The notes under the pieces: model-generated | Database searches by the model: none | What the model was told of the DNA's origin: nothing | Seen by the model: only the letters and a program-made list of their open reading frames with translations | Source of the DNA: an uncultured Porphyromonadaceae bacterium | GTDB taxonomy: Bacteria > Bacteroidota > Bacteroidia > Bacteroidales > Muribaculaceae | Direction of reading: 5' to 3' | Length of the DNA stretch: 50,992 nt | NCBI GenBank assembly: GCA_947166165.1 | Contig: CAMVDK010000001.1 | Coordinates: forward strand, 1-50,992 | Shown: piece after piece, positions 28,990 through 37,149 of the stretch | How the letters are laid out: each line of letters starts with the position of its first letter | Numbering within the stretch: the first letter of the stretch is position 1 | Position numbers and translations under genes: made by a program

Positions 28990-31259
28990 CTTTTTCGTCT
29001 TGTCCATATCTTTAAGTCTTCTAATTTGTTTACACCATAATAGTTCTCGTCGCTGCACAGTTCTCCGCCGTGCACCGGAATGGCGGTGAGCTCGTCGGTG
29101 CTGGTGGAGTAGAAGAGCACGAAGTGCAGCTTGGCCAGCTCGTCGGCCACGGTGCGCCGGATGGAGGGCAGGCTGCGGTGGCTGTCCACCACCAGGCATC
29201 CCACGAGTTCCTTTCCGGCCAGGGTGCGCTCGCTGGTCACGCGGTCGGCCACATATTCGGCCAGGTCGCCCTTGGTGCGCGTGTATCCCTGCACGTAACC
29301 CACCAGTCCGGTGGTGGGCGCGGCGGTGAGCTGCGTGATGTCGATCACCGTGCCGTTGCTCAGTTCCACACCGCGGCACTCGTCGCGGCGCGAGTGGCAG
29401 CCCGTGAGTGCGTTGAAGTAGTCCTGCGGGTTGAAGGCGCTGCGCTCGCTGGCAATGGCCCACTGGTAGAGCTCCTCGAGCGAGTACATGCGCTGCAGGT
29501 CGCCCTGAGCGGTGACCGTGCCGTCGCGCTTGAAGGTGAAGATGCCCGTGGTCTGGTCGGGCGTGAGGATGTCGACCACCATGGCGGTGAGGAAATAGGG
29601 CTGTGTGGGGTGCTTGAGCTGGTTGTGCACGTTGTTGTCGCTGCTGGAGAAGAACACGCCCAGGCCCGGGTGTGAGTGCACCCAGCAGGTGAGGTCGTAC
29701 TGCAGCCCGCTCTCGCGGCGCAGACGGCGCAGCTTCTCGTTGACGCTGAGCTTGATTTTCCCGCCGAAGTTCAGCTCATATTCGGCAAAGACGGCATCGT
29801 CGCCGGGCATGACCACCTGCTCGAGGGTGACGTCGAACTTGTCGCTCTGTCCGTCGAGCACCCATCGTCCGAGCACCATGCAGCCGTCTTCCTTGGGGTT
29901 GGCGGGGTTGCGGAGGTCTTCGGCATACATGTTGTAGATTTCCTTGACGCAGGTGTTCTTGATGTAGATGCGGCGCACGGCCGAGTCGGGACACATGTCG
30001 GCGGTCTCGATGCAGAGGTAGCTGTCGTTGCCCTCCACGTCGCTGATGTCCTGCCGCTTGAGCACCGAGGTGGTGCGTCGGCGCACCACGATGCCGTCGG
30101 CGCCACCGCCTGCTGTCTGTCGGCCGGTTGCGGCCGGCGCCGTGGGGCCGCCCGTGGCGGGAGCCGATGTGGGCGTGGCGGGCCGGCGGTTGCGCCCCTG
30201 GCCCTTGTTGCGGTAGATCCAGTAGGCCCCGCCGGCCAGCAGGGCCAGCACGGCGAGCATGGCGAGCAGCGCGGGCCAGTTGCTCCCCTTTGTGGGTGGT
30301 TCGACGGGCTTGTATTCCACATTGGCCATCTGGCTGAGCTTCTGCAGTTGGTCGTTGCGCCGGTCGAGGTGTGGTATGACCAGGTTGCGCAGTTCGTCGC
30401 GCGTCGCGCTCATGTCGGCGATGTCGCCTTTGCTGTACCGGCCCAGGAAGTCGTCGATCATCTGGTCGCATCCGTCGCTTTGCTTCTGGAGCGTTTCGCG
30501 TTCCTGCTCGATGTAGGCTTTGATATTGTTGGCCAGCACGTATTGCTGCTTCTGGCCGTCGCTCATGCCGGCGAATTCGCCCACAAGGCGGTCGATGTAG
30601 GCCTGCTGCTCGGCGATGTCGTCGGCGTTGTAGAAGGGCAGGGTGGCGAGGTGGGTGGCGAAGTCGGACTTGATTTGCTCAAGCGGGATGGACTCGCGCA
30701 TGGGTTGATTGTCGGTGACAGTCGGTGTTTCTCTGGTATTCTCCCGCTCGCGCTTGTCGTTGTCTTTGCGCTTGCTGTTGTCGGCCACGGCGGGTTTCTC
30801 GGGCTCGGATGGCTTTTCGGTTTTGTTTGTGGTGACAGGGTTGACGACAACCGGCTCGGTGGGCGGGGTGGGTTCGGGTGTCTTCGTTTGTGGCGGAGGT
30901 GCCGGTGTACCCTTCAACCGCGAGGCGAGTTCTGAGGCTTTTTTATCACGGATGCCGCTGTTGTACAGAAGCCTGATGTTGTCATCATCGCCTTTGAAAC
31001 TGAATCGGATTTCTCTTGCAGTGGCGAAGCTTTTCTCCGAGTTTTTACTGATGCTTGCCACATGCTTGCCGTTTCTGTAAACGTTGATGACATCGGCGGT
31101 GGTGTTCTTGACCGTAAAGTTCTTGAAGTCTCTTCCTGTTGGCGTCAACTCGGCGTAGAGATCGACGCCGCTGGCTCGAGAGATGAGTTGCCTGTCGGCG
31201 GCGTGGCCCGCTATGGATAAACACAGGAGCAGAAGGCTTAAAAGGATATATCTATTCAT
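28986..31259 (-). CDS. Single-pass membrane JAB/MPN+ (JAMM) metallo-isopeptidase
   Basis: Signal peptide MNRYILLSLLLLCLSIAGHA, TM WPALLAMLAVLALLAGGAYWIY, then KEDGCMVLG...WVHSHPGLGVFFSSSD (E...HxHx7Sx2D). Start 31259. Confidence 0.85.
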   Translation of the reverse strand: MNRYILLSLLLLCLSIAGHAADRQLISRASGVDLYAELTPTGRDFKNFTVKNTTADVINVYRNGKHVASISKNSEKSFATAREIRFSFKGDDDNIRLLYNSGIRDKKASELASRLKGTPAPPPQTKTPEPTPPTEPVVVNPVTTNKTEKPSEPEKPAVADNSKRKDNDKRERENTRETPTVTDNQPMRESIPLEQIKSDFATHLATLPFYNADDIAEQQAYIDRLVGEFAGMSDGQKQQYVLANNIKAYIEQERETLQKQSDGCDQMIDDFLGRYSKGDIADMSATRDELRNLVIPHLDRRNDQLQKLSQMANVEYKPVEPPTKGSNWPALLAMLAVLALLAGGAYWIYRNKGQGRNRRPATPTSAPATGGPTAPAATGRQTAGGGADGIVVRRRTTSVLKRQDISDVEGNDSYLCIETADMCPDSAVRRIYIKNTCVKEIYNMYAEDLRNPANPKEDGCMVLGRWVLDGQSDKFDVTLEQVVMPGDDAVFAEYELNFGGKIKLSVNEKLRRLRRESGLQYDLTCWVHSHPGLGVFFSSSDNNVHNQLKHPTQPYFLTAMVVDILTPDQTTGIFTFKRDGTVTAQGDLQRMYSLEELYQWAIASERSAFNPQDYFNALTGCHSRRDECRGVELSNGTVIDITQLTAAPTTGLVGYVQGYTRTKGDLAEYVADRVTSERTLAGKELVGCLVVDSHRSLPSIRRTVADELAKLHFVLFYSTSTDELTAIPVHGGELCSDENYYGVNKLEDLKIWTRRKR

Positions 31260-31302
31260 AAGATTGAGATTATCGAAGTGAGGGGTGGTTGGTTTGTTGC
31301 TG

Positions 31303-32712
31303 TCAGATGGAGATGGTGCCGTCTTTGTCGCGGTTCTTCTTGATTCGCGCTCCTTGAGCGGCCCGCCGCGCTTTGTCCTGCAGCGACTCGTTGGCTCGGT
31401 TGGCCTTTCGCTGTGCAGCAGTCTCGGCTGTCGTTTCGGGCGTTTCGGGCGTGTCGGCGTGGCCGGTCGCGGGTTCGGCGGGCTGGTCGTTGCCGCGTCC
31501 GCGCCTGAAGGCGTTTCGCGCGGCTTGTCCGGCCTGGTCCATTTTGCCACGCACGGCGTTTTCGGCCGCTCGCTCGGCTTGGTGCACTTTCCGGTCTACG
31601 GCACGCCGTGCGGCGTGGGTCACCTTGTTCTCGGCCTGCTGCATGGCGCGGTCCTGCAGTTCCTGCATCGAGCGGGCCTGTGCGCGGTTGCGCAGGCTCT
31701 GCATCACCTGGTTGCCCACGAAGAGCAGCACGGCCAGCAGTCCGCCCAGGCCGAACATCCACCAGGTCTTCTTCTTTTCGTCCTCCAGGCGTTTTTGGTC
31801 GTCTTCGTGCTGTTTTTGGGCTTGAGCTTCAGCCTCGGCCTTGTCGGCGGCCAATTTGAGGGCTGCGGCATTCTTCTTGGCGTTGACCTGGCTCTCGATC
31901 TGGTTGATTTTCTCCAACTGCTCGGGCGTGGCGTAGGGTTTTGCGCCGGCGAGTTCGACAAAGAGTTTCGATGCTTCGTCGTTGAGCTGGTCGCCGGAGA
32001 GCGACAGGCAGGCTTCCATTTTGGCAATCAGGCTTTGGACATCGACACCAGCGTTGCCGTTGTCGCCCGGCAGGGGTACGCCTTCTCCTCCCTCAACGAC
32101 GCGCTCTTCGACCACCTCTTCGGTGGTCGAAGTGCCGCTGCCTTTGGCGTTGGCCTGCGCATTGCCGGTTTGATTGTCGGTGCGCTTGGCCTTGGGCTGT
32201 GGAGCAGGCGGCGTGAGGTCGATGGTGAGCGGCTGCGAGAACTTGGCGATGATTTTGTGCTTGTGGGAACCCTTGTTGTGCACCAAGAAGACGGGCAGGC
32301 TCACGCTGGGGTTCTCGTTGCCAGCCAGGGAAAATGTCATGGTGTTGTATTGCCAGATTTCGCAATAGCCGTCGGTGGCACTTGTCACCGTGGCGTTGTT
32401 GGAGGAGAAAGTCTCGAGGTCGTGGCCGTTCCAGTCGATTTTTTCATCCTTGCTGAGTTTCTGCGAAGTGAAGAAAGCGAGTCCGAGTTCCTTCTCAGCT
32501 ATTTTTGCATGGCTGTGTCCCCTGCTTTTGATGTAGGGGTTGCGGGTGAATTGCACCATCATCTCCTGCCCCGAGCGCTCGACTGTGTAGTAGACCTCCA
32601 CCTGGTCGCCGTCGGTGGTGACGAGAGTCTCTTTTTTTTCGGGAGTCTGGGTGGCCAGCGCCAGGGCGGCCCACAGCACGGCAAGCCCGATGACTGAGAT
32701 GCGTTTCATCAT
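31303..32712 (-). CDS. Hypothetical bitopic membrane protein with coiled-coil segments
   Basis: Signal peptide MMKRISVIGLAVLWAALALA, Ala/Glu/Lys-rich helix, TM WWMFGLGGLLAVLLFVG, Ala/Arg/Gln-rich tail; ATGA overlap with the upstream gene. Confidence 0.7.
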   Translation of the reverse strand: MMKRISVIGLAVLWAALALATQTPEKKETLVTTDGDQVEVYYTVERSGQEMMVQFTRNPYIKSRGHSHAKIAEKELGLAFFTSQKLSKDEKIDWNGHDLETFSSNNATVTSATDGYCEIWQYNTMTFSLAGNENPSVSLPVFLVHNKGSHKHKIIAKFSQPLTIDLTPPAPQPKAKRTDNQTGNAQANAKGSGTSTTEEVVEERVVEGGEGVPLPGDNGNAGVDVQSLIAKMEACLSLSGDQLNDEASKLFVELAGAKPYATPEQLEKINQIESQVNAKKNAAALKLAADKAEAEAQAQKQHEDDQKRLEDEKKKTWWMFGLGGLLAVLLFVGNQVMQSLRNRAQARSMQELQDRAMQQAENKVTHAARRAVDRKVHQAERAAENAVRGKMDQAGQAARNAFRRGRGNDQPAEPATGHADTPETPETTAETAAQRKANRANESLQDKARRAAQGARIKKNRDKDGTISI

Positions 32713-33989
32713 TTGATGCTGTTGTAATATTTCATGAATGTCTTCCCTGCCTTGCCGTGAGCCTTGGCGCATTCAAGCAGTTTGTTGGCTTCGGCTTTCG
32801 CTTGCTTGCCCTTCATGGCCAGGCTGGCGATTTTCTGGTTGAATTGGGCCTGCGAGTAGTTGCAGTAGCTGCATGGCTTGTGGCCGCCCACGATGGTGTT
32901 GTAATACTCTTGCGCTTTTTGCACGTTGTCTTTGTGATGCTTGGCACATTTCAGCATTTCGGTCGCTTGGTTCTTTTGTGCTCGGGTGGCGCTGCCGGAG
33001 TTGGAGACTTTCGTGGCCAGGCTTTGCAGGTCTCTGACCGCGTGTCCGCAATACTTGCAATTGTGCTTCTGCTCAGGCTTTGGCGGCTTTATTCGGCATT
33101 TTTTGCAAGTGTAGTGGAGGTCGTCGCCGTTGACAAGGTCGATCGAGGTGCCGATGCGCTGGATCAGGTCGTTGGCGGCGGTCCATCGCTTGGTCTGCGG
33201 GGCGTAGCGGTTCCTGAGCGTTTCGGCGCGGCTTTTCAGGATGGTGAGCTGCGAGATGACGCCCGCTTTCTGGTTCTCAAGCGATGGGGAGTGATTCTTG
33301 CCCACGCAGAACATGGGCTTCTGCGGGTCGATGCCCAAGCCGGCGAATTGGCTCTCGATGTCCTGCAGCTCGGTGTCGGGCTGGGCGGAGCCTTCGACGG
33401 TGATTTTGAAGTCGTTGGCGGCCCAGTGGCTGATTTTCACCTCTTTCTCGCTGCTCTTGTCGCTGAGGTAGGCGGGCAGATGGAAATTGCAGGAAGTGCC
33501 ATATGGCACGGCGATGCGCGCGAATTGCAGCGACTCTTTGCTGCGAACCACGGCCACCTCGCTATTGAAGGCCTTGCTCTTGCTGTTTGCCGCAGAGGCC
33601 ACAAACCAGGCGTAGTCTAGTGGTTCGCGCTCTTCTTTCTTCTTTTTGGTGAAGCGCTTGACGATGTCGGCTTTTTCGTTGTCGAACTTGATTTTGGGGT
33701 TCTTGAATTTTTTCACCTTGTCGATGTAGTCGAAACTGTCGTTGAAGACGACTAGGGTGAAATAGTCGGGGCTTTGGTTGTTCATGACCAGCGAGAGCAT
33801 GAGTCCTCCGCCGTCGCCGTCGTCATAAGGCTCGCCCTGAATCACGAGTTCAAAATCTTTGCAATCGAACGTGTGCGAGAGCTTGTTGTCGCTCAGGGTT
33901 GTGGAGTAGGAGCCTTGCGCGCTGGCCAGTGGGGCCATCGAGCACAGGCACAGCAGTGCCGCTATGGAGTGGGTGCAGATTGGTTTCAT
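32709..33989 (-). CDS. Hypothetical exported protein with Cys/His C-terminal repeats
   Basis: Signal peptide MKPICTHSIAALLCLCSMAPLASA; two C-terminal units CxYC...CAKxH; ATGA overlap with the E2 stop. Confidence 0.7.
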   Translation of the reverse strand: MKPICTHSIAALLCLCSMAPLASAQGSYSTTLSDNKLSHTFDCKDFELVIQGEPYDDGDGGGLMLSLVMNNQSPDYFTLVVFNDSFDYIDKVKKFKNPKIKFDNEKADIVKRFTKKKKEEREPLDYAWFVASAANSKSKAFNSEVAVVRSKESLQFARIAVPYGTSCNFHLPAYLSDKSSEKEVKISHWAANDFKITVEGSAQPDTELQDIESQFAGLGIDPQKPMFCVGKNHSPSLENQKAGVISQLTILKSRAETLRNRYAPQTKRWTAANDLIQRIGTSIDLVNGDDLHYTCKKCRIKPPKPEQKHNCKYCGHAVRDLQSLATKVSNSGSATRAQKNQATEMLKCAKHHKDNVQKAQEYYNTIVGGHKPCSYCNYSQAQFNQKIASLAMKGKQAKAEANKLLECAKAHGKAGKTFMKYYNSIK

Positions 33990-34654
33990 ATCGTGAAGGT
34001 TTTTTTGTTGGGTTTGTCGGGTGTGGGGTCGGTGGGTGCTGAGGGTGGCGCGGGCGGCTGCTGCGCGGGCTGGTCGTCGTCGGCGTCCTTCTGCGCGAAG
34101 CGCACCCATCCGTTGGGCTCGGCCTCGTCGCGCACCCACTCGGCCACACCCTGGTCTTCGGGATAGGGGTAGGTGTTCTGCGCGTGGTAGAGTTTGTACT
34201 TGAGATACATCTCCACGCGTAGCACGAGGTCGCGCAGCGAGGCGAGTACGCCCATCTCCTTGATGGTGAGGCACACGTGGCCCTTGAAACTACCCGACGA
34301 ACGGATGTTGGGGTGCCAGATGTCGCTGATGAAGGTGAAGATGGGGTTGCCGTCGGCCGAGGGATAGTTGTTGGGCAGCACGATGCTCATCTTGTGCAGG
34401 TCGCCGAAGATGGGCTTTCGCGGTGCTGGGCCGTCGGCCACGCCCACAATGGAGCGCACGCGGTAGCGTATTTCGTATTCGGTGGGCAGGCCCACCACGT
34501 TCTTGCGCCGCACGATGTAGCTGATGCTCGGCTGGCGCGGGTTGGCGGCGCGGCGCTTTGTGCACAGCTCGTCGAGGGCGAACCATTCTTGCCACAGGCG
34601 CATGTCGCGGCCCGAGAGCTCTTTCTGGTTGAAACGCTTGAGTGCTTCGTTCAT
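33986..34654 (-). CDS. E2 ubiquitin-conjugating-enzyme-like protein
   Basis: IVLPNNYPSADGNPIFTFISDIWHPNIRSSGSFKGHVCL: UBC-fold YP...P, HPN and downstream Cys. Confidence 0.88.
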   Translation of the reverse strand: MNEALKRFNQKELSGRDMRLWQEWFALDELCTKRRAANPRQPSISYIVRRKNVVGLPTEYEIRYRVRSIVGVADGPAPRKPIFGDLHKMSIVLPNNYPSADGNPIFTFISDIWHPNIRSSGSFKGHVCLTIKEMGVLASLRDLVLRVEMYLKYKLYHAQNTYPYPEDQGVAEWVRDEAEPNGWVRFAQKDADDDQPAQQPPAPPSAPTDPTPDKPNKKTFTI

Positions 34655-34730
34655 ATTGTCAGGATGGGGTGTTTGTTGTCGAATAGGTGGTTTGACAAGG
34701 TGGTGCGGAGGGGGCGTGCGCCGTGGGTCG

Positions 34731-34753
34731 GCTCCCGCCGGCGTGGCGGGAGC
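34731..34753. other. GC-rich hairpin between the Ubl and E2 genes
   Basis: GCTCCCGCC-ggcgt-GGCGGGAGC; no U-tract on the minus strand. Confidence 0.55.
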
Positions 34754-34777
34754 GCACCCGGGGCGGCTCGTGGCGCG

Positions 34778-35101
34778 TCAGCCGGCGATGGGCACCGAAA
34801 TCAGGTGGAGCAGGTCGCCCGAGAGCACGTTGTAGTCCTCGAGGATGAGCTCGCGGCCATACTCGTCCTCGTAGTCGAGGATGGTGAGGTCGTCGTCATC
34901 GAGCCCGAGCAGATACTGCACGGGGTTGCCGCCGCCGTCCATTTTGGGCAGCTCAAACACGTTGACGATGCTTTCCACTTGTTCGCGGAGCGACTTGTAG
35001 GGGTCTTGGATTTTGATTTCCACTTCTTCGTACTCGCTTCCGTCGATGGTGAGCCGGATGATGAAGTCACCTTCGTGCAGGTCAGACATATTGTCAATCA
35101 T
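34778..35101 (-). CDS. Ubiquitin-like (beta-grasp, YukD/EsaB-like) protein ending in Gly
   Basis: 107 aa, very acidic; LPKMDGGGNPVQYLL...LILEDYNVLSGDLLHLISVPIAG-stop resembles ubiquitin [22 protein letters not shown]; adjacent to the E2. Confidence 0.8.
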   Translation of the reverse strand: MIDNMSDLHEGDFIIRLTIDGSEYEEVEIKIQDPYKSLREQVESIVNVFELPKMDGGGNPVQYLLGLDDDDLTILDYEDEYGRELILEDYNVLSGDLLHLISVPIAG

Positions 35102-35161
35102 AATGATGCTATTTAAAAGTTGTTATTGATTAATCGTGTGGTTGGTGCTCGCGATGGGGGC

Positions 35162-36028
35162 CTACTGGATGCGTCCGCCTTTGAGGTAGAACAGCTGGTG
35201 CATGTAGTAGAAGTCGGTCTGCTCGTCGCCGGAGAGCTTGATGGCGTGCTGCTCGTTGTCGGGCTCCAGGGGGTTGTAGTGGTCGGTGTAGAGCCAGGCG
35301 TCGGAGCAGTTGGCCAGCGCCGAGAAGAGCATGCGGTCGTCCGGGCCCGTGAGCCGGCGGGTGATCTCGGTGCGGTATTTCCCGTTGCTGTCGGGCAAGG
35401 TTTTCGACCGGCCTTTGTCGAAGTCTATGCGATAACTGTTGGGCTGCTCGTCGGCCGCGGCCATGATGGGCAGGTAGTCGATTTGCAGCACTAGGCATTC
35501 GTTGGGCATTGTGATGGAGTCGGTCCAGAAGCGGATGCACAGCTCGGGCGTGTCGATGGTGCCGTCGACGTTTTTGTTGATTCTGAAGAACACCACTGCC
35601 GGCCTGCTGGTGCAGGTGTCGACGCTGGCGGGCTGGAAGTGCCATTCCGACTCGGCGATGCGCTCCATGAGCTCGTCTTGCGTTTCCGCCACGCTGATTT
35701 CGTCGTCGAGCGGGTAGCGTTCCCTCCACGTCTTGTATTGGTCGCCGTAGCTCACATTCATGGCGTCGATTAGCGAATCGGACGCCTGGCGGTTCTTGAT
35801 TCGCAGGTTGGTTTCTTCCCCTTTCTGGTAGCCCACCGAGTTTTCGTAGCCTTTCCCTTTTTTCTGTTTGTCGGGCTTGGCGTTTTCCTTTTCGGGCTTG
35901 GGGCAGTTGCACGTTTGGCAAGTGCATTGGCAGCCGCAGTTGGTGGCGGGCTGGCTTTGGGCGCTGGCGGCGGGCGCGAGCAGGGCGGAGGCCGCGAGCA
36001 GGGTGAGCAGGGTGAGCGTTGGTTTCAT
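35162..36028 (-). CDS. Hypothetical exported protein with Cys-rich N-terminus
   Basis: Signal peptide MKPTLTLLTLLAASALLAPAASA followed by NCGCQCTCQTCNC. Start 36028. Confidence 0.68.
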   Translation of the reverse strand: MKPTLTLLTLLAASALLAPAASAQSQPATNCGCQCTCQTCNCPKPEKENAKPDKQKKGKGYENSVGYQKGEETNLRIKNRQASDSLIDAMNVSYGDQYKTWRERYPLDDEISVAETQDELMERIAESEWHFQPASVDTCTSRPAVVFFRINKNVDGTIDTPELCIRFWTDSITMPNECLVLQIDYLPIMAAADEQPNSYRIDFDKGRSKTLPDSNGKYRTEITRRLTGPDDRMLFSALANCSDAWLYTDHYNPLEPDNEQHAIKLSGDEQTDFYYMHQLFYLKGGRIQ

Positions 36029-36060
36029 GTTCGTCGGTGTTTTGGAGATGAGAGTGAAGT

Positions 36061-37125
36061 TCACCATACCCAGGCTCCACTGGGCTGGCGGTAGTTGGCG
36101 CTGCGGTGGTGCTCGAACTGGTTTTTGAACACGATGAGCTGGAAGCACTCTTCGTCGATGAGCACGGGTTGCTGGAGTCCGTAGCGCATGAGTGCGAGTT
36201 CGTAGTGGTGCTTGTCGGGGTCGAAGTGCAGCAGCAGGTCGACGCGCGAATCGCGGTGGGCACCGTAGATTCTGGCGAAGATGGGCGCGAGGAGCTCGGC
36301 GTCGAGCCAGAAGTAGGCGGTCCACTCGCTGCTTAGGTTGTGCCAGGCCACGGCGATGCGCTCGGGCATGCCGGCCATGTGGTGGCGCGTGAGCGTGTCG
36401 TCGTGCAGGCGGTGCAGGGTGCCGTCGGTGCAGGCGATGTGCAGGTGGTCGAGCTCGTGGGGCGCGTCGTCGTCGGTGGCGGTGTGTGGCTGCCAGCGTG
36501 GGTCGCCGTCGGGCCGCCAATGCTCGAAAAGGGGCATCAGGCGGTAGCAGTACTGCGCCATGAGCCGGTCGAACAGGTTGCGGGGCGGCAGGCCGTTCAG
36601 GCGCAGGTTGTGGCACACGCGGGTGTCGTTGTTGATGTAGAAGTCGCAGTTCTCGTCGAGCGTCGTGGTGGGGTTGCCGGGCATGAAGCGGGCCATGTCG
36701 ACCTCGGCAGGCTCGCCCTGCAGCCAGCACACGAGCACAGCTTTGTTGGCTCCCCGCAGCCACAGGGCCACCTGTCCGTAGGGCGCCATGCCCACCACGA
36801 TGTGGGTGAACAGCGGCTCGCCGGTGTCGGGGTCGGAGAGTTGCCACAATTCCTCCATGCGTTCCGTGGGCAGGTCGGCCTCAAGGCTGTAGAACTGCCG
36901 CTCCACAATCGAAAGCCACACCATGTCGAGCCGCCGTGGCATGGGAAACAGCTCCTGCTCAAGCAGATGGGAGGAGATGATTTCGCCCCACGCGCCTCTG
37001 TAAGGATACCTCTTCGGCACCTCCAGCGCCTCGTCGGGCTTATACCAGAGCAGGGCAAAAAAGGTGTCGGCCGGCCACAATTCCGGAGCCGAGCCCGAAA
37101 CAAGAATGTTGTACGTTTTTGCCAT
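36061..37125 (-). CDS. DUF2931-family protein, probable Tle1 immunity protein
   Basis: GAWG...PMPRRLDMVWLSIVERQFYSLEADLP...IVVGMAPYGQVALWL; directly downstream of the DUF2235 effector. Confidence 0.75.
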   Translation of the reverse strand: MAKTYNILVSGSAPELWPADTFFALLWYKPDEALEVPKRYPYRGAWGEIISSHLLEQELFPMPRRLDMVWLSIVERQFYSLEADLPTERMEELWQLSDPDTGEPLFTHIVVGMAPYGQVALWLRGANKAVLVCWLQGEPAEVDMARFMPGNPTTTLDENCDFYINNDTRVCHNLRLNGLPPRNLFDRLMAQYCYRLMPLFEHWRPDGDPRWQPHTATDDDAPHELDHLHIACTDGTLHRLHDDTLTRHHMAGMPERIAVAWHNLSSEWTAYFWLDAELLAPIFARIYGAHRDSRVDLLLHFDPDKHHYELALMRYGLQQPVLIDEECFQLIVFKNQFEHHRSANYRQPSGAWVW

Positions 37126-37149
37126 CGGTTAAGCGTTTTGATGAGAGGC

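Noticed and set aside
32860-33070. c-type cytochrome heme motifs
   Set aside because: The motifs are CKYCGH and CSYCNY, not CxxCH.
25390-35101. CBASS/Pycsar type II or a standard Bil operon
   Set aside because: No CD-NTase or cyclase seen, E1 and E2 are separate, the JAMM is membrane-anchored and a RING protein is present; an antiphage role is still not excluded.
12866-36847. Long N-terminal extensions in the ORF track (starts 14974, 18805, 20087, 21450, 23141, 29463, 31550, 32772, 34274, 36847)
   Set aside because: They overlap upstream genes in another frame; downstream ATGs give signal peptides or domain starts with short gaps or ATGA overlaps.
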